DNA from: Phaeosaccion multiseriatum
Taxonomy: Eukaryota; Protista; Ochrophyta, other classes
DNA: 64,000 bases
Assembly (NCBI GenBank): GCA_965112735.1
Contig: OZ218962.1
Coordinates: forward strand, 930,001 to 994,000
Direction: 5' to 3'
Below the pieces are notes generated by a model that made no database searches, was not told where the DNA came from, and worked only from the letters and a program-made list of their open reading frames with translations. The position numbers were made by a program, and so were the translations under genes. Of the stretch, positions 12,813 to 23,617 are shown in pieces; positions within the stretch are counted from its first letter, which is position 1; each line of letters opens with the position of its first letter.

Positions 12813-14718
12813 ATACACACAACCATTGGATATTCATTGGTTGCCACAGGAGGGAGGGAGGGAAGGGAGGGGAGAGGAGGAGAGGGGAGGGAGGGAGGGA
12901 GGGAGGGAGGAAGGGGAGCCATGCCATGCCATGCCATGCAAGACAAGCAGGCAGCACAAGCAGGTCAGGTAGGTCAGGTCGAGGTGGTGGTGGTTTGGCA
13001 AGAAGGATCCGGCCGGTGAAAACTGGATCGGATCGGTGAGAGCGAGCAACAGCCGTGGCCTGTGTTGGCGTGAAAGGGACGGGCATCGTGAATCTGCTGC
13101 AGAGCCCAAAGCAGGAAGGCTCCAACTTCACGTCCTCCTCCTGCTCGTCCTCGTCCTCCCCTTCCATCTCCCTCCCCCCCCCTCCCCCCTACCCCACTCC
13201 ACCAACCTGATTGATGAGCTTCATTTCCAATGCCTCCTTGGCGTCGTAAAACCGGCACAGAAACCAAATCTCGCGGGCCTTCTTCTGGCCAATGATCCTC
13301 GCCATGTGTGTACTGCCATAGCCGGCATCAAAGCTGCCTACACGCGGGCCCGTCTGTCCAAACACGGCATTATCTGCAGCGATGGTGAGGTCTGCTACCA
13401 TGTGAAGAATGTGTCCGCCTCCAATGGCATAACCGGCGACCATGGCGATGATAGGCTTGGGGCAGCGGCGCATTTGGATCTGCAGGTCCAACACACGGAG
13501 GCGAGGGACATCTTCGCTGCCGTCATCGTAGCCTCCCTCGCCGCGGACGACTTGGTCTCCTCCGCTGCAGAAGGCCTGGTTTTGTTTTGCGTTTTGTGGG
13601 GTTCAGTCAGTGAGGCGTTCGTATTGCAAATGCAGGGGACGGGACGGGACGGGACGGGAGGGGAGTGGAGGTGAGGGGAGGGGAGTGTTGTTGTGTGGCT
13701 GGGGGGGAAGGGATTCATAAGCGCAACGCAACATGGGTGGGTCCAAACGGATGGGTCTGGATCCCTCACTCAGTAACATAACCTCCATGCCTCCTTTGAT
13801 CCCATTGGGGGCGTCTTTTCTACGTCCTCTTCGTAAGGCCGGTCACCAAACACACCTGTGCTCTTCTACGCCATGTGAGCCCCCCGCCCCCGCCCCAAGC
13901 TCTCTCTCTCTCTCACACACCCTCTCCCTCTCTTCCACTCTCTCTCTCGCTCTCTCGCCCCACGCTTCGCATCGCACCGCACCTGCCCGCCTTCCCCTGT
14001 GAGGATGATGACGCCAACGCGAGCATCGTCCTGGGCCAGGTCCATTGCTTTGCGCATCTCGTTCACCGTGATCGGGCGGAAGGCGTTGTGCAGCTCCGGC
14101 CGATTGATAGCGATTCGAGCAGTCCCATCATCGTAGGCCACCTTTGCGCCGAAGAGGAAGAGAAGGGGATGCAGTGTTGTGCGGGCGGTGGGAGGGCACG
14201 CAAGACAGGGGATGAATACCCTCGCGGGTTGACCAAAATTATTTTGGTCCATGCTCCAGATACGTTTAGCAACAGCAGCAGCAACAACAACAACCACAAC
14301 CTACGACCCAGTTTCACCAGATACTTGCCTTGTATGTGATGTCCTCGAAACCTTGCTGGGCGGTCAAGTCCTGCCACTGGGCCGGGGAGTCAGAGACGGT
14401 GGCGTAGCCGTCACTGTGCTTCGTTGGAGACCGAAGCTGGGATATACGGACGGGGGTTGAGCGGAAGCATGCATGCAGTGAGAAAGAGCCTTCTTTCGGC
14501 AGGGTTTAATTATAGGAAGTAGGAAGATCATGACAATAAGAGATGAGGAGGGGAAGAATTTGTAAAGAGAGGAAAAGACGGTGGTTCCAAGGTGCACCCC
14601 CATGCGCTACGAATCCAGCTCCACGCACCCGCTTCCCGCCGTTGCCGGCGTCCCTACTACCCATAGAAAGCGCGAGCAAAGGAAGAGAGAGAAGAATAAA
14701 AACACCTTCAAGTGCCAT
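12504..14718 (-). CDS. menB: 1,4-dihydroxy-2-naphthoyl-CoA (naphthoate) synthase with C-terminal SKL
   Basis: Exons 14718 (or 14664)-14629, 14436-14329, 14141-13983, 13575-13207 and 12755-12504. Motifs [86 protein letters not shown]. The first exon is the least certain. Confidence 0.95.
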
Positions 14719-15039
14719 CTAATCACTAAAAGACTAAAAGTAACGGTGGTTGGCGCGCCGGCCGGTCGACCAGTAGCATCGAGGCGTTAGCTGACGCCGG
14801 CGGTAGCAAGGAGAAGGTCGGCTGGCATGTCAGGGGTCGAGTCTCTGGGCGGTGAGCCACCCCAAGTGGACAAACTTTAATGACAGATAGGCCGAATGCT
14901 TCATGCTTCATGCCGCTCAGTCCCTCCACGTAACAGCTCCACCCTGTCCTCCATGCCATATCTTAGGACTATATATCGTGTGCGCTTCGTCTCTCCCTCT
15001 ACCATTCCCTTTAATCCACTTAAAGCTTCGGCCCCATGC

Positions 15040-15185
15040 ACGCCTAGCGGCCTAGGCCTATTTGGGAAAATTGCCCGGCCTAGCGAGGGCCGTAGGCTCT
15101 CGGCCTATTTTTATGCCGCCGCCTAGGCGGCCTAAGCGGGGCGGAGGCCCGCGCGGCCTAGGGCAGACGCCAGCCAACTAGGCGG
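15040..15185. repeat. Cluster of GCCTAG/CTAGGC-like motifs in both orientations
   Basis: Roughly ten gccta[g/t/a] or ctaggc/taggc motifs in ~145 bp; ends cgcctag...ctaggcg form a short inverted repeat. Confidence 0.5.
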
Positions 15186-15335
15186 ACGGTGGGAGTGCCC
15201 AGAGTGCAAAGAGTAGTCAGTTTCATTGCATGGGATTGGAGGTGAGGAGTAGACTTCGTTCGTGTTGTCTCTTCCGCCTCGCTGGCCCTACGAGGAGTGC
15301 AGACCTACAGCTAGTGTGCTGCTACCCACTGGCTG

Positions 15336-15499
15336 TCGACCCCTGATACACTATCGCCACATTCTCGATAGCGCGCTATCGGGCCGGCGATAGCGGATAG
15401 CGCGCCGCCTGGCGGATAGCACGCCCCAACAACCCCCCCCCCCCCCAAAGCCGGCTGGCGCCGGCGATAGCGGATAGCGGATAGTGTATCAGGGGTCGA
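15336..15499. mobile_element. MITE-like non-autonomous DNA transposon, 164 bp
   Basis: Perfect 20-bp TIR tcgacccctgatacactatc...gatagtgtatcaggggtcga, flanked by the direct repeat TGGCTG (15330-15335 and 15500-15505). Internal [cg]gatagc repeats; second copy at 12305-12478. Confidence 0.88.
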
Positions 15500-15815
15500 T
15501 GGCTGGGCGGCACACGCACGCGCCCACGGCCAGGTATTCGGGCACGCTCCTCCCAGGGGGGCGTAGGACAATTTGAATTTTGTTTTTTTCGTTCTACTGT
15601 ATGCTGACAGCCCGTGGCGTTATTCGACAGACAACACGCGCCCTTCCTTATGTGAATACCTGATCGACCCTTCTTGTCCTTTACGCAACAGGCTCTCACT
15701 CTCCTTCCTAGTGGAGGTGAACGCTTGTCTCTCTTGCCCCCCACTTTCCGCTCCTGGTCGTTCCTTTCTCTATTTCAAGCGGGCCAAACTGCAAACAGGC
15801 AGACGTTAGTGCACA

Positions 15816-18116
15816 ATGTTCGCAGTGGGCAGCCTGCTTGCGCTGATTGCGTTGGCCATCTGCTTTCTCGTTGCGGGCGGTCTTGAGTTGGGGGGACGTG
15901 TAGCGGCAGTGGCAGTGAAGGAGGCGCCGAAAGGGAGCAGCAACACAGCGGGTCAAAAAGTAAGCACGCCAGCAACTGTGCGCCCAACCCATCTCTGCAG
16001 GCCCTTGTTGCATGTACAGCTGGGCACTGAGATCACTTCGCTGAGAAGCGGAGGGCTGCACCAGCAGGAGGAGCAGGAGGAGCACGTGTCCTCATGGACT
16101 GCCCCCCGTACCCGCCGGGCCAAGAGAGTCCTCCTCAAATCGCAGATGGTCAAAGGCTTGCCCACATTGCGCCGTCTTGCCGACAGAGAGCGCAGGCAGC
16201 ACAGGAACAAGAGCAGCAGCAGCAGCAGTAGTAGTAATAGCAGCGGCAGTAGTGACAGCAGCAGCTGTAGTAGCGCGAGGAAAGAAGCGCTGGAGGCGTT
16301 GAACGTTCTTTCGGAGAGGCTGACGGAGGGCCTCTCTTACCTCGGCCCGGAGGACTTGGAGGAGCTGCAGATGGCCCTGCAGGCCGTTGCGGCCTGCCAC
16401 ACAAATCGACTCGGCTTCGTTGCTGGGATGGAGAAGGTGAAGGAAGACGCGGAGGTGTGCCTCATTCTGGGCTTGCTGGAGATGGACACGGACACGCTTC
16501 TTGCGGCGTTGCTAAACCGCACCAACTTGGGCGACGAGGTGGAGAAAGAGCGCTCGACCGCCAAGCCTCAGGGCTTCGGCGTGCCGCTGCTGACGAGCGA
16601 GATGAAGGCCCTCTTCGGGGAGCCGGTGACGGAGCTGGTGCAGAGCTACAAGCGAGTGAGATTCATTGAAGGGCTGGCCAAGGACTACCTGACGAACCAC
16701 AAACCCGCCAGCCTGACCACCAAGCTGGACCACCAGTCCATGCAGGAGCAGCTCGATCACCTCCGCAACCTCATCCTCAGTGAGGTGGAGGACTGCCGCG
16801 TGTTGATTCTCCGAGTCGCCACTCATTTGCAGCGACTCCGCAGCGTGACGGATACCGACGGTCGAGTGGATCCGGTGAAGCGGAGTAGGGCTGACGAGCT
16901 GGCCAACGATGCTTTTCAGGTGCGTGCGCGTGGTCGCTTGTAAGTCTTTTATTTTATTTGACTGGCTTGCTCCTCCTTTCTTCGTTTGGGTTGGTTTGGC
17001 CGCTTCTAAAGAACAATTTTTTTTCAACCCCAAGGAACAATGAACGCAACAGCTGACAAGTTGCCCTCCCCCTCCCCCCTTCATGCTGCTCATCACCAGG
17101 TGCACGGACCCCTTGCTCACCGCCTCGGCATTCACTCCATCAGCAGCGAACTCGAGAACCTCGCTTTCCGACAGCTCCACCCCGCCGACTTTGCTGAAGT
17201 CACTCGCCAAATGCAGGAGAATGACCAACTCTTTGACCACATGCTGGACACGGTGGGCTCGGACCTGATTGCAGAGCTGGAGGAGAACCACGGCTTCCTT
17301 AGAGACATTGAGACGGTGTCGTTGGCAGGCCGTACCAAGGAGCCTTACAGCATGTGGCGAAAGATGCAAAAGAGGGGGTGTGGAGTGGCGGATATATTGG
17401 ATGCTGTGGCGTTGCGTGTCGTGCTCAAGGCCCGGAGGAAGGAGGGCGATCGCCAGCCTGATTACTCGGCCAGGAGCGCTCGCTTGTGCTACGAAGTCAT
17501 GGAGATTGTCAAGCAGCGGTGGAGTGTCTTGCCCCAGGCCACCAAGGACTATGTCACCAATCCCAAGCCCAATGGATACCAAAGCCTGCACACCACGGCC
17601 ATTATGGAGGCGGACGGCGGAGAGGGGTCGGACCAGTTGCTGCTGCTTCCGTTTGAGGTGCAAGTACGTTCGTTCGAGATGCATCAGCAAGCGGAGTACG
17701 GCAAGGCGGCGCACTGGGCCTACAAGGGACAGGGATCCACGAGTGTCTTGACCGACGGCAGCAGCAGTGAGAGAGGGAGGAGCTCTTCCCAGGGTAACAG
17801 TCTCAGGGGTGACAGGAGCAGAGGAAGTGGGAGCAGTGAACAATTGCCCCAGCTATTCCGCAACGGACTGGAGTTTACCAACTGGCTTCACGACGAGTTG
17901 CAGTTACAGAAAGTGTACATCTTCGGTCCGGACGGCCTCATTTGGGACCTCAAGGCGGGTGTGAGGGCGGCGGACTTTCTGCAACACATGTACATTAGAG
18001 AGTTCTACACCAATCAGCGGGCGCTGAGCGTGGGGCAGAGGCAAGTCAATGTCAATGGGTTGGTGGTACCCAAGGACTACAAGCTGAACAACGGCGATGT
18101 GGTGATGATGGAGTGA
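15816..18116 (+). CDS. RSH: RelA/SpoT homolog (ppGpp synthetase) with N-terminal signal peptide, degenerate HD domain and TGS-like C-terminus
   Basis: Intron 16920-17099 joins AFQ to VHGPLAHRLGIHSISSELENLAF. Synthetase motifs GRTKEPYSMWRKM, DAVALRVV, KDYVTNPKPNGYQSLHT and EVQVRSFEMHQQAEYGKAAHWAYK; C-terminal VYIFGPDG...VNGLVVPKDYKLNNGDVV. Hydrophobic N-terminus. Confidence 0.94.
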
Positions 18117-18866
18117 AGATGTGGTGGTGTTGTTGCTGTTGTTGCTGTTGTTTGTGATGAGAGTGTAAAGGTACCAAAGGACAAAAGTGTGGGGGTGTGC
18201 GTGGTGAGGAGAGGATGTAAATAGGAGAGAGAGGGAGGGGGGGAGACGTGTTTCTATGTCGTGCCGAAGCACGCGTGGGCGTGCGGGGGGGCGCAGGGGG
18301 GGGAGGGAGGGAGGGGGGGTTGAGTCGTTGCATAAAATGTGTGTTGTTTTGTGATCATGTGTGCGTGTTTTGTACAATTATAATGAGGCATGAATAATGC
18401 ATGTAATTACGTGGGGTGGAGGGGGTGAGGGGTTGGGGGGGAGACTAAGTACTTGTCGGGAAAGGAAGGAAGGAAGGAAGTGAGGGTAACGATCAGGGTA
18501 CAGTTGTACTCATGCCTGTTGTTTGTATGTACATAGCCAAAAATCAAGTGTGAAGCTTTTAATTAAAAAAAAAAAAGTATGCTTTGGCCAAAAAAGAAAT
18601 TGTTGTCGAGGGCAGCCATCTCCGTCAACAACACCTCAAGTGATGATGCCCAAGTGGGAGGAGGAGAGGCAATCAAAGGCCAGCGTAAAAGGGTGTCATG
18701 TATATTATTTTTAAAATTAAAATCACATATTGCACACCGTCTGGTCTTGTCATTAAGCAAAGCACCTCCAGGGCCACAACCCAATCGATTCTTGGAGCCG
18801 GCCGAGTAGGCCTGCGCTAAGCACCAAGACCACCACATCAGCAGCGACGCCCCCCTTGCCTCTCGT

Positions 18867-18911
<45 letters not shown>

Positions 18912-18997
18912 GTGTGTGCATGTATGTGCTCATGTGCGTCGGCTTGGTGCTGCGGTTGTTGGAGGAGGGGGTTGGGGCCCTCCTCCTGTGGTGGAGC

Positions 18998-19142
18998 TGG
19001 GACGGGCTCAATTACGTAATTATTAGGTAGGTGGAAAGCTCCCTTACCATTATTAAGGAAGCTTCCCACTTCGTCTTTACGGGTTCCAGACAAAAAGATC
19101 CATCACCCCCTACCTAACAACTACGTAATTGAGCCCGTCCCA
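18998..19142. mobile_element. 145-bp foldback / MITE-like element
   Basis: 34-bp inverted arms (tgggacgggctcaattacgtaattattaggtagg against the reverse complement of the right end) with 2 mismatches. No clear TSD. Confidence 0.6.
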
Positions 19143-20441
19143 TATCCACCACACTCCCCACCGTAGTCCTGTTGCTCTGTCCGGTACTCTCCGGCGCGGA
19201 AGAGGTGGCCACGCCCACATATGGGGGCCAACATGTGCGGCTCGATACTGACACGAAGAAGCTCGATACTGACAAAAGGTAAAAGATGTGGAGCCTTCGA
19301 AAGGGACTCAAGCCTCTAGCCTCCAGCTCTTCCCGTTGACTTCCTTCTGGTGACCCACTGAATCAGTGGGCGGGTGAGCCCCCTCCTCATCTCCGGCGCA
19401 CGCTACACCACAAGCCTTAAGCCCCTGCCGCGCCATTCCCTGCTCCCTGTCCTACCCTGCCCCTTTTCCACTCAAGAGCAAGAGCGCCTTTCGGTTACAT
19501 GTTGGCTCTGAGCAGTGCAGTTGTCGTCTTGCCCCACTGGCCAGTGCCCCATTGGCCAGCCGTCGTCAAGGCGAAGCGCTTGCCCCTCCTCCCTCTCTTC
19601 CTTGCCACGCACACCCGCTTTTCCACTTGGCTTTTCGGACACCCCAGCTCTGATCTTTAGTCGTCCTACCCCATCCCACCCTCGTCGCACCGGCCAACGC
19701 CCCATGCAATTCAAACATGTCTGCACCCCAGCGATCGATACGCAGACATTGAAATTCCTTCCGGGTCACGCCCAAGTCCGCTGGTGCGAGTGGTGCAAGG
19801 GTACAGTTACAGAAAAAGACTCGGATGTTGTTGTCGCGGGGATGAACAGTCGAGCGTAGGCTGGCGGTGTGTGTCGATATCCTCCCTCGCTGGTGCTCCG
19901 CTCAGTCAGTCAGCACTCCTGCGAAAGATGGCAAGGAAAGGCAAGTGTGATGTCCCACTTCCCCTCTCGCTCGCCCACACACTCGGGTGTTCGCACCCCT
20001 TTCTCCCTAACGAGGCGGGTGAGGGTGTTGGAGGGCTTGCCAACGGAGAAACAGACTCAGAGCTGCCACTGCCCCTCCCCCCCACCAGCCCTTTGTGTCC
20101 CCAACGCACTAGCATAGTGTCATTCCCCTCCCGAGAGCTTCCCCCTCTCCCGAGAAGGAAGCTCGAATCCAATCCAGTAGGTGCTATGCCGCTCGGCTCG
20201 TGGGCTGCTCTCTCTAGTTGGTCGTGAAAGCTTACTCAGGGACGGCGAGTTGATAGCACGACCACATGCCCTCTGCTCGCATGCATAGGAGCAGGCCGCA
20301 GCAGGAAGAGACCCCTTCTTTCTTTCCCCGACGTAGCAAAAAGACTCTTGAGGCGGCTCTGAAGCCTCTCCGCTCTCCCCTCCCTCAATCCACTTGCTCC
20401 TCAAAGCCGGTGGCGCGACAAATGTGAGCTGCTTTGCGCGT

Positions 20442-21245
20442 TCAGACGTCGTCGAGATTGAGCTGTAAAGCATCCTTATCAACATAGTCTTGCCCAAGCG
20501 TGCGGCAAATGCCCACATCGGGTACAAGGGGCATAGTGAGGAGGGCCACAAAGCCGCACCTGGCCTTGAACAGCACCACCACTTCCTTCGTAACATCAAT
20601 CTCCTCAATAGCTTTCTCCAGTGGAGGCCGCATGGTGCCGAGCTCAAAGTCGTCTTGCATAACTGCATCAATGTATTCCCCCATTGTGAGGTAGTGCATG
20701 AGAATGGACCTCGAGAGAGGCTGCCCCGCGCTGTTGACGGGGGCGAAGTAGTGGAGCTCCAGCACGGAGTTGGGAGACTGCACAAAGACAAAGCCGGGGC
20801 CTTGCACCCCTTCGTGCGCGACGCCAAAGGGACACAGGTAGAGGCGCACCTTTGTGAGTATGCGAGCCACGGCGGCGCGCCGGTCAACTGCCTCGCCGGC
20901 GGCCAGGGCCTTGAGCTGCTGGCACATGTACTTGTGCCCCCCCTTCTTCCAGTCCTTCACCTGGCAGTCGCGAGAGCAGTACTTGGAGCCGCACTTGGCG
21001 CACGCCAGGAGGGTGGTACTTGCGATGCTTTCGTGCTTGGGGCAGGAGCCGAGCTGGCACTTGGCCGTCGTCATGCCCGGAGGGGGCCGAGCCACTGCCC
21101 GCCCACCCGACAGCTCGTACATGAGATCCACCTCATAGCGAAAGGTCAGGCCGAGCTCCACCTGGTCTAGTGAGCTGAGCACCTTCAGCCCCTTCCGGAG
21201 ACGATCCTCGTCCACGACTTCCCCTCCCCCTGTTTCGTCTGCCAT
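20442..21245 (-). CDS. Intronless MYND-type zinc finger protein
   Basis: LLACAKCGSKYCSRDCQVKDWKKGGHKYMC matches the MYND finger; the rest is a globular-looking domain. First ATG at 21245. Confidence 0.85.
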   Translation of the reverse strand: MADETGGGEVVDEDRLRKGLKVLSSLDQVELGLTFRYEVDLMYELSGGRAVARPPPGMTTAKCQLGSCPKHESIASTTLLACAKCGSKYCSRDCQVKDWKKGGHKYMCQQLKALAAGEAVDRRAAVARILTKVRLYLCPFGVAHEGVQGPGFVFVQSPNSVLELHYFAPVNSAGQPLSRSILMHYLTMGEYIDAVMQDDFELGTMRPPLEKAIEEIDVTKEVVVLFKARCGFVALLTMPLVPDVGICRTLGQDYVDKDALQLNLDDV

Positions 21246-21356
21246 GTCTGCTGCTTCTACTTCCTCTGCGTCTCGCACAGCCTCACTCCAAAGCCTTATT
21301 CTCTCTCGGTCGCATCCTCAGCCCCTCTCTGAATTTGAGTTTGATTTTCCAAGACA

Positions 21357-21435
21357 GACCGGGAATCGAACCCCGGGAAGTTCCGAGTTTCTGGCAAGCC
21401 AAACGCGACGACCTTGTGATTCTTGTACCACCAAG
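21357..21435 (-). other. tRNA-derived (Gly-like) fragment or SINE-like head; not an intact tRNA
   Basis: Minus strand ttggtggtaca...gcttgcca...ccggggttcgattcccgg carries a B-box/T-arm, but the spacing is expanded and there is no acceptor stem. Confidence 0.4.
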
Positions 21436-22858
21436 AGCAGTAGTATGCCTTAACGCGTGGGGGATGGTCTGTGACTGAGAGTTTCCAGAAAGCGGAACTC
21501 GACGACTTGTGATTCTTGTACCACCAACATTGGAAAAAACTTCTCCACCTTCCCTCCCCTCCCTCTCCTCTTTCTACTCCCTCCACGGTACCAGCAAGCC
21601 AGACTTACTTTCACTGCTCGACGCACGGTCCTTCGCCACCAAGATTTAAAAAAAAAAAAATCAGCTACGAGGGGGTGGCATGGGGGTGGCATCGGGGCGG
21701 CCACCGGGCTGATAGGGCGATTTTGTAAAGTGACGATACAAGGTCGTCCCGACCAACGTAAGGTCGTTCAATCAGTTTTTCAAAGTGGAACGCGACGTTT
21801 TGTGATTTTGTACCACCAAATCAATATCATACAGTTCATCTCAGCCTATACCAATAATAAACTCAGCGCAGGAGGGTAGGAAGGAACGAAAAGTCTTGTG
21901 CTTCGCCCTTGCTATCTTCTTGTCCTCATTCCTTCTCCCCCTCCCTCCCACCTTTCATCCCCTACTCGATCTGCTTCCTCACGTTTTATGCACCGATTTG
22001 ACGCAAACAGACGGGCAGCCGGCCGAGTGGGAAGCAGAGACGATGGAGGTGTGGTGTCATGGAGATTGCCACAAGACCCTGAGCGTGAGTAGCGGACTGG
22101 ATCGAGCTTGAGGGACCGTAGGGAAGGCAGCAGGTGGAGCGCCGTCGCTGTCTGTCATCTCCCTCCCCCTCTTCATCTCTTCAGTCCTCCCTCCCAGTGC
22201 CCCCCCTTTATCTCTCGATCGCTCTCTCTCTCTCCCCTCTCTCTTTCCCGTTCATCACTCTTCCTCGTCTCCCCTCACCCCTTCCACCCACTCCCCTCTC
22301 CTCTCACTCACTTTCTCTTTCTCTTTCTTTGTTTCTTTTCTGTCTTTCACGCACTCTCACTCTCTCCATCTCTTTCGCTCTCTCATACATACTCTCTCAC
22401 TCATTCTCTCCCCCCCCCCACCCTCTCTCTCTCCCTCTCTCTTGCTCTCTCCCCCTTTCTATTTCTCTCCATCTCCCCGTCGTCTGTATCTCTCTCCCCC
22501 CCTCCTCCCGTCCACCCAGGCCCTCCCCAGATGCGCACGTATGCACCACAAGGTGAGTAGCTTGTGTCAGGACAGGGGGTGGGTGAGTGCAGGGTGTCAG
22601 GACAGGTGTCAGGACAGAGGGCGTGCAAAGAGTGGAAGATTTGCGGTGCAGCAATCGTGGCATTGGACTCTGCGAAGTAATGCAGCCGGGCGGACACACG
22701 TTTGCCTGACTATCCGACTCATCTGTTGATTCTCATCAAGTTCAATGCACGGAAATAGAGGGGAGGACTGAGTGTTCCCACCTCAAGTGTCCTCCCAAGA
22801 GCTACACAAAATATCTCTAGTCTTTATTTCGCAAGCAGCTATATATGTTGTCCCTCCT

Positions 22859-23523
22859 TCACATGCCTCCAAAGAGGAGCGGTTTGAGTCTTTTATCAAG
22901 ACTCAGCTCCCACTGCCCTCCTGCCGAGCCCCCGCTGCCCCTCTTGAGCGTGAGGCGCTGACACAGCATGACTATCGTCCGCAGCACCACCCCCTCCCCC
23001 TCCTCCGTCAGCAGGTGCTCCTTCTGATTGACCTGGTCCATCAGGTCGACCGGCAGGGTGTGAAGCACACTCGTCAGGCAAGTGTCTTGGTTATATGCCT
23101 CCCACACCAAGCCCTGGTGTGGCTTCTCCCCCACTCGCTTGGTGAGCACGGTGAGCAGCACTTGCATACCGCCGATCTTCATGCCTCTGTGCAGCACCAC
23201 CTCTCCGGCAGTATCTCCAGATACAAACACCAAGGGCTGTGGGGGTTGGATAGCAGGGCATTGACAGTGCATCGACAGTGCAAGGGCAGGACATGGGCAC
23301 ACAGAAGGGGAAGGGAGGGAATGGAATGGATGGGCAGACGGGCACTGAATGGTGAGCACAGAGAACAGAAAGTGGGCGGCGATGGAGGCAAGTCCCTCCC
23401 GCCCCCCAGGCCCCTCGGGAGTTAAAGAACAATAATAGGACAAATCCCCTTCAATCCCCTTCTGCGCAACCAAACCAAGTAGTACCAATGGCACGAGCTG
23501 AGTAGTTAGTACAACAACAACAT

Positions 23524-23617
<94 letters not shown>

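Noticed and set aside
16512-17843. 443-aa minus-strand ORF
   Set aside because: Antisense shadow of the GC-rich RSH coding sequence, with no motifs of its own.
12504-18116. Bacterial contamination or a recent HGT operon (menB plus relA/spoT)
   Set aside because: Both genes have spliceosomal introns and eukaryotic targeting signals and are divergently oriented; both families are normal in algae.
21357-21435. Functional tRNA gene
   Set aside because: Only the T-arm is convincing; there is no acceptor stem or proper D and anticodon stems.
21405-21820. Three spaced repeats as a CRISPR array
   Set aside because: Irregular spacing (~95 and ~290 bp), degenerate copies and no cas genes.
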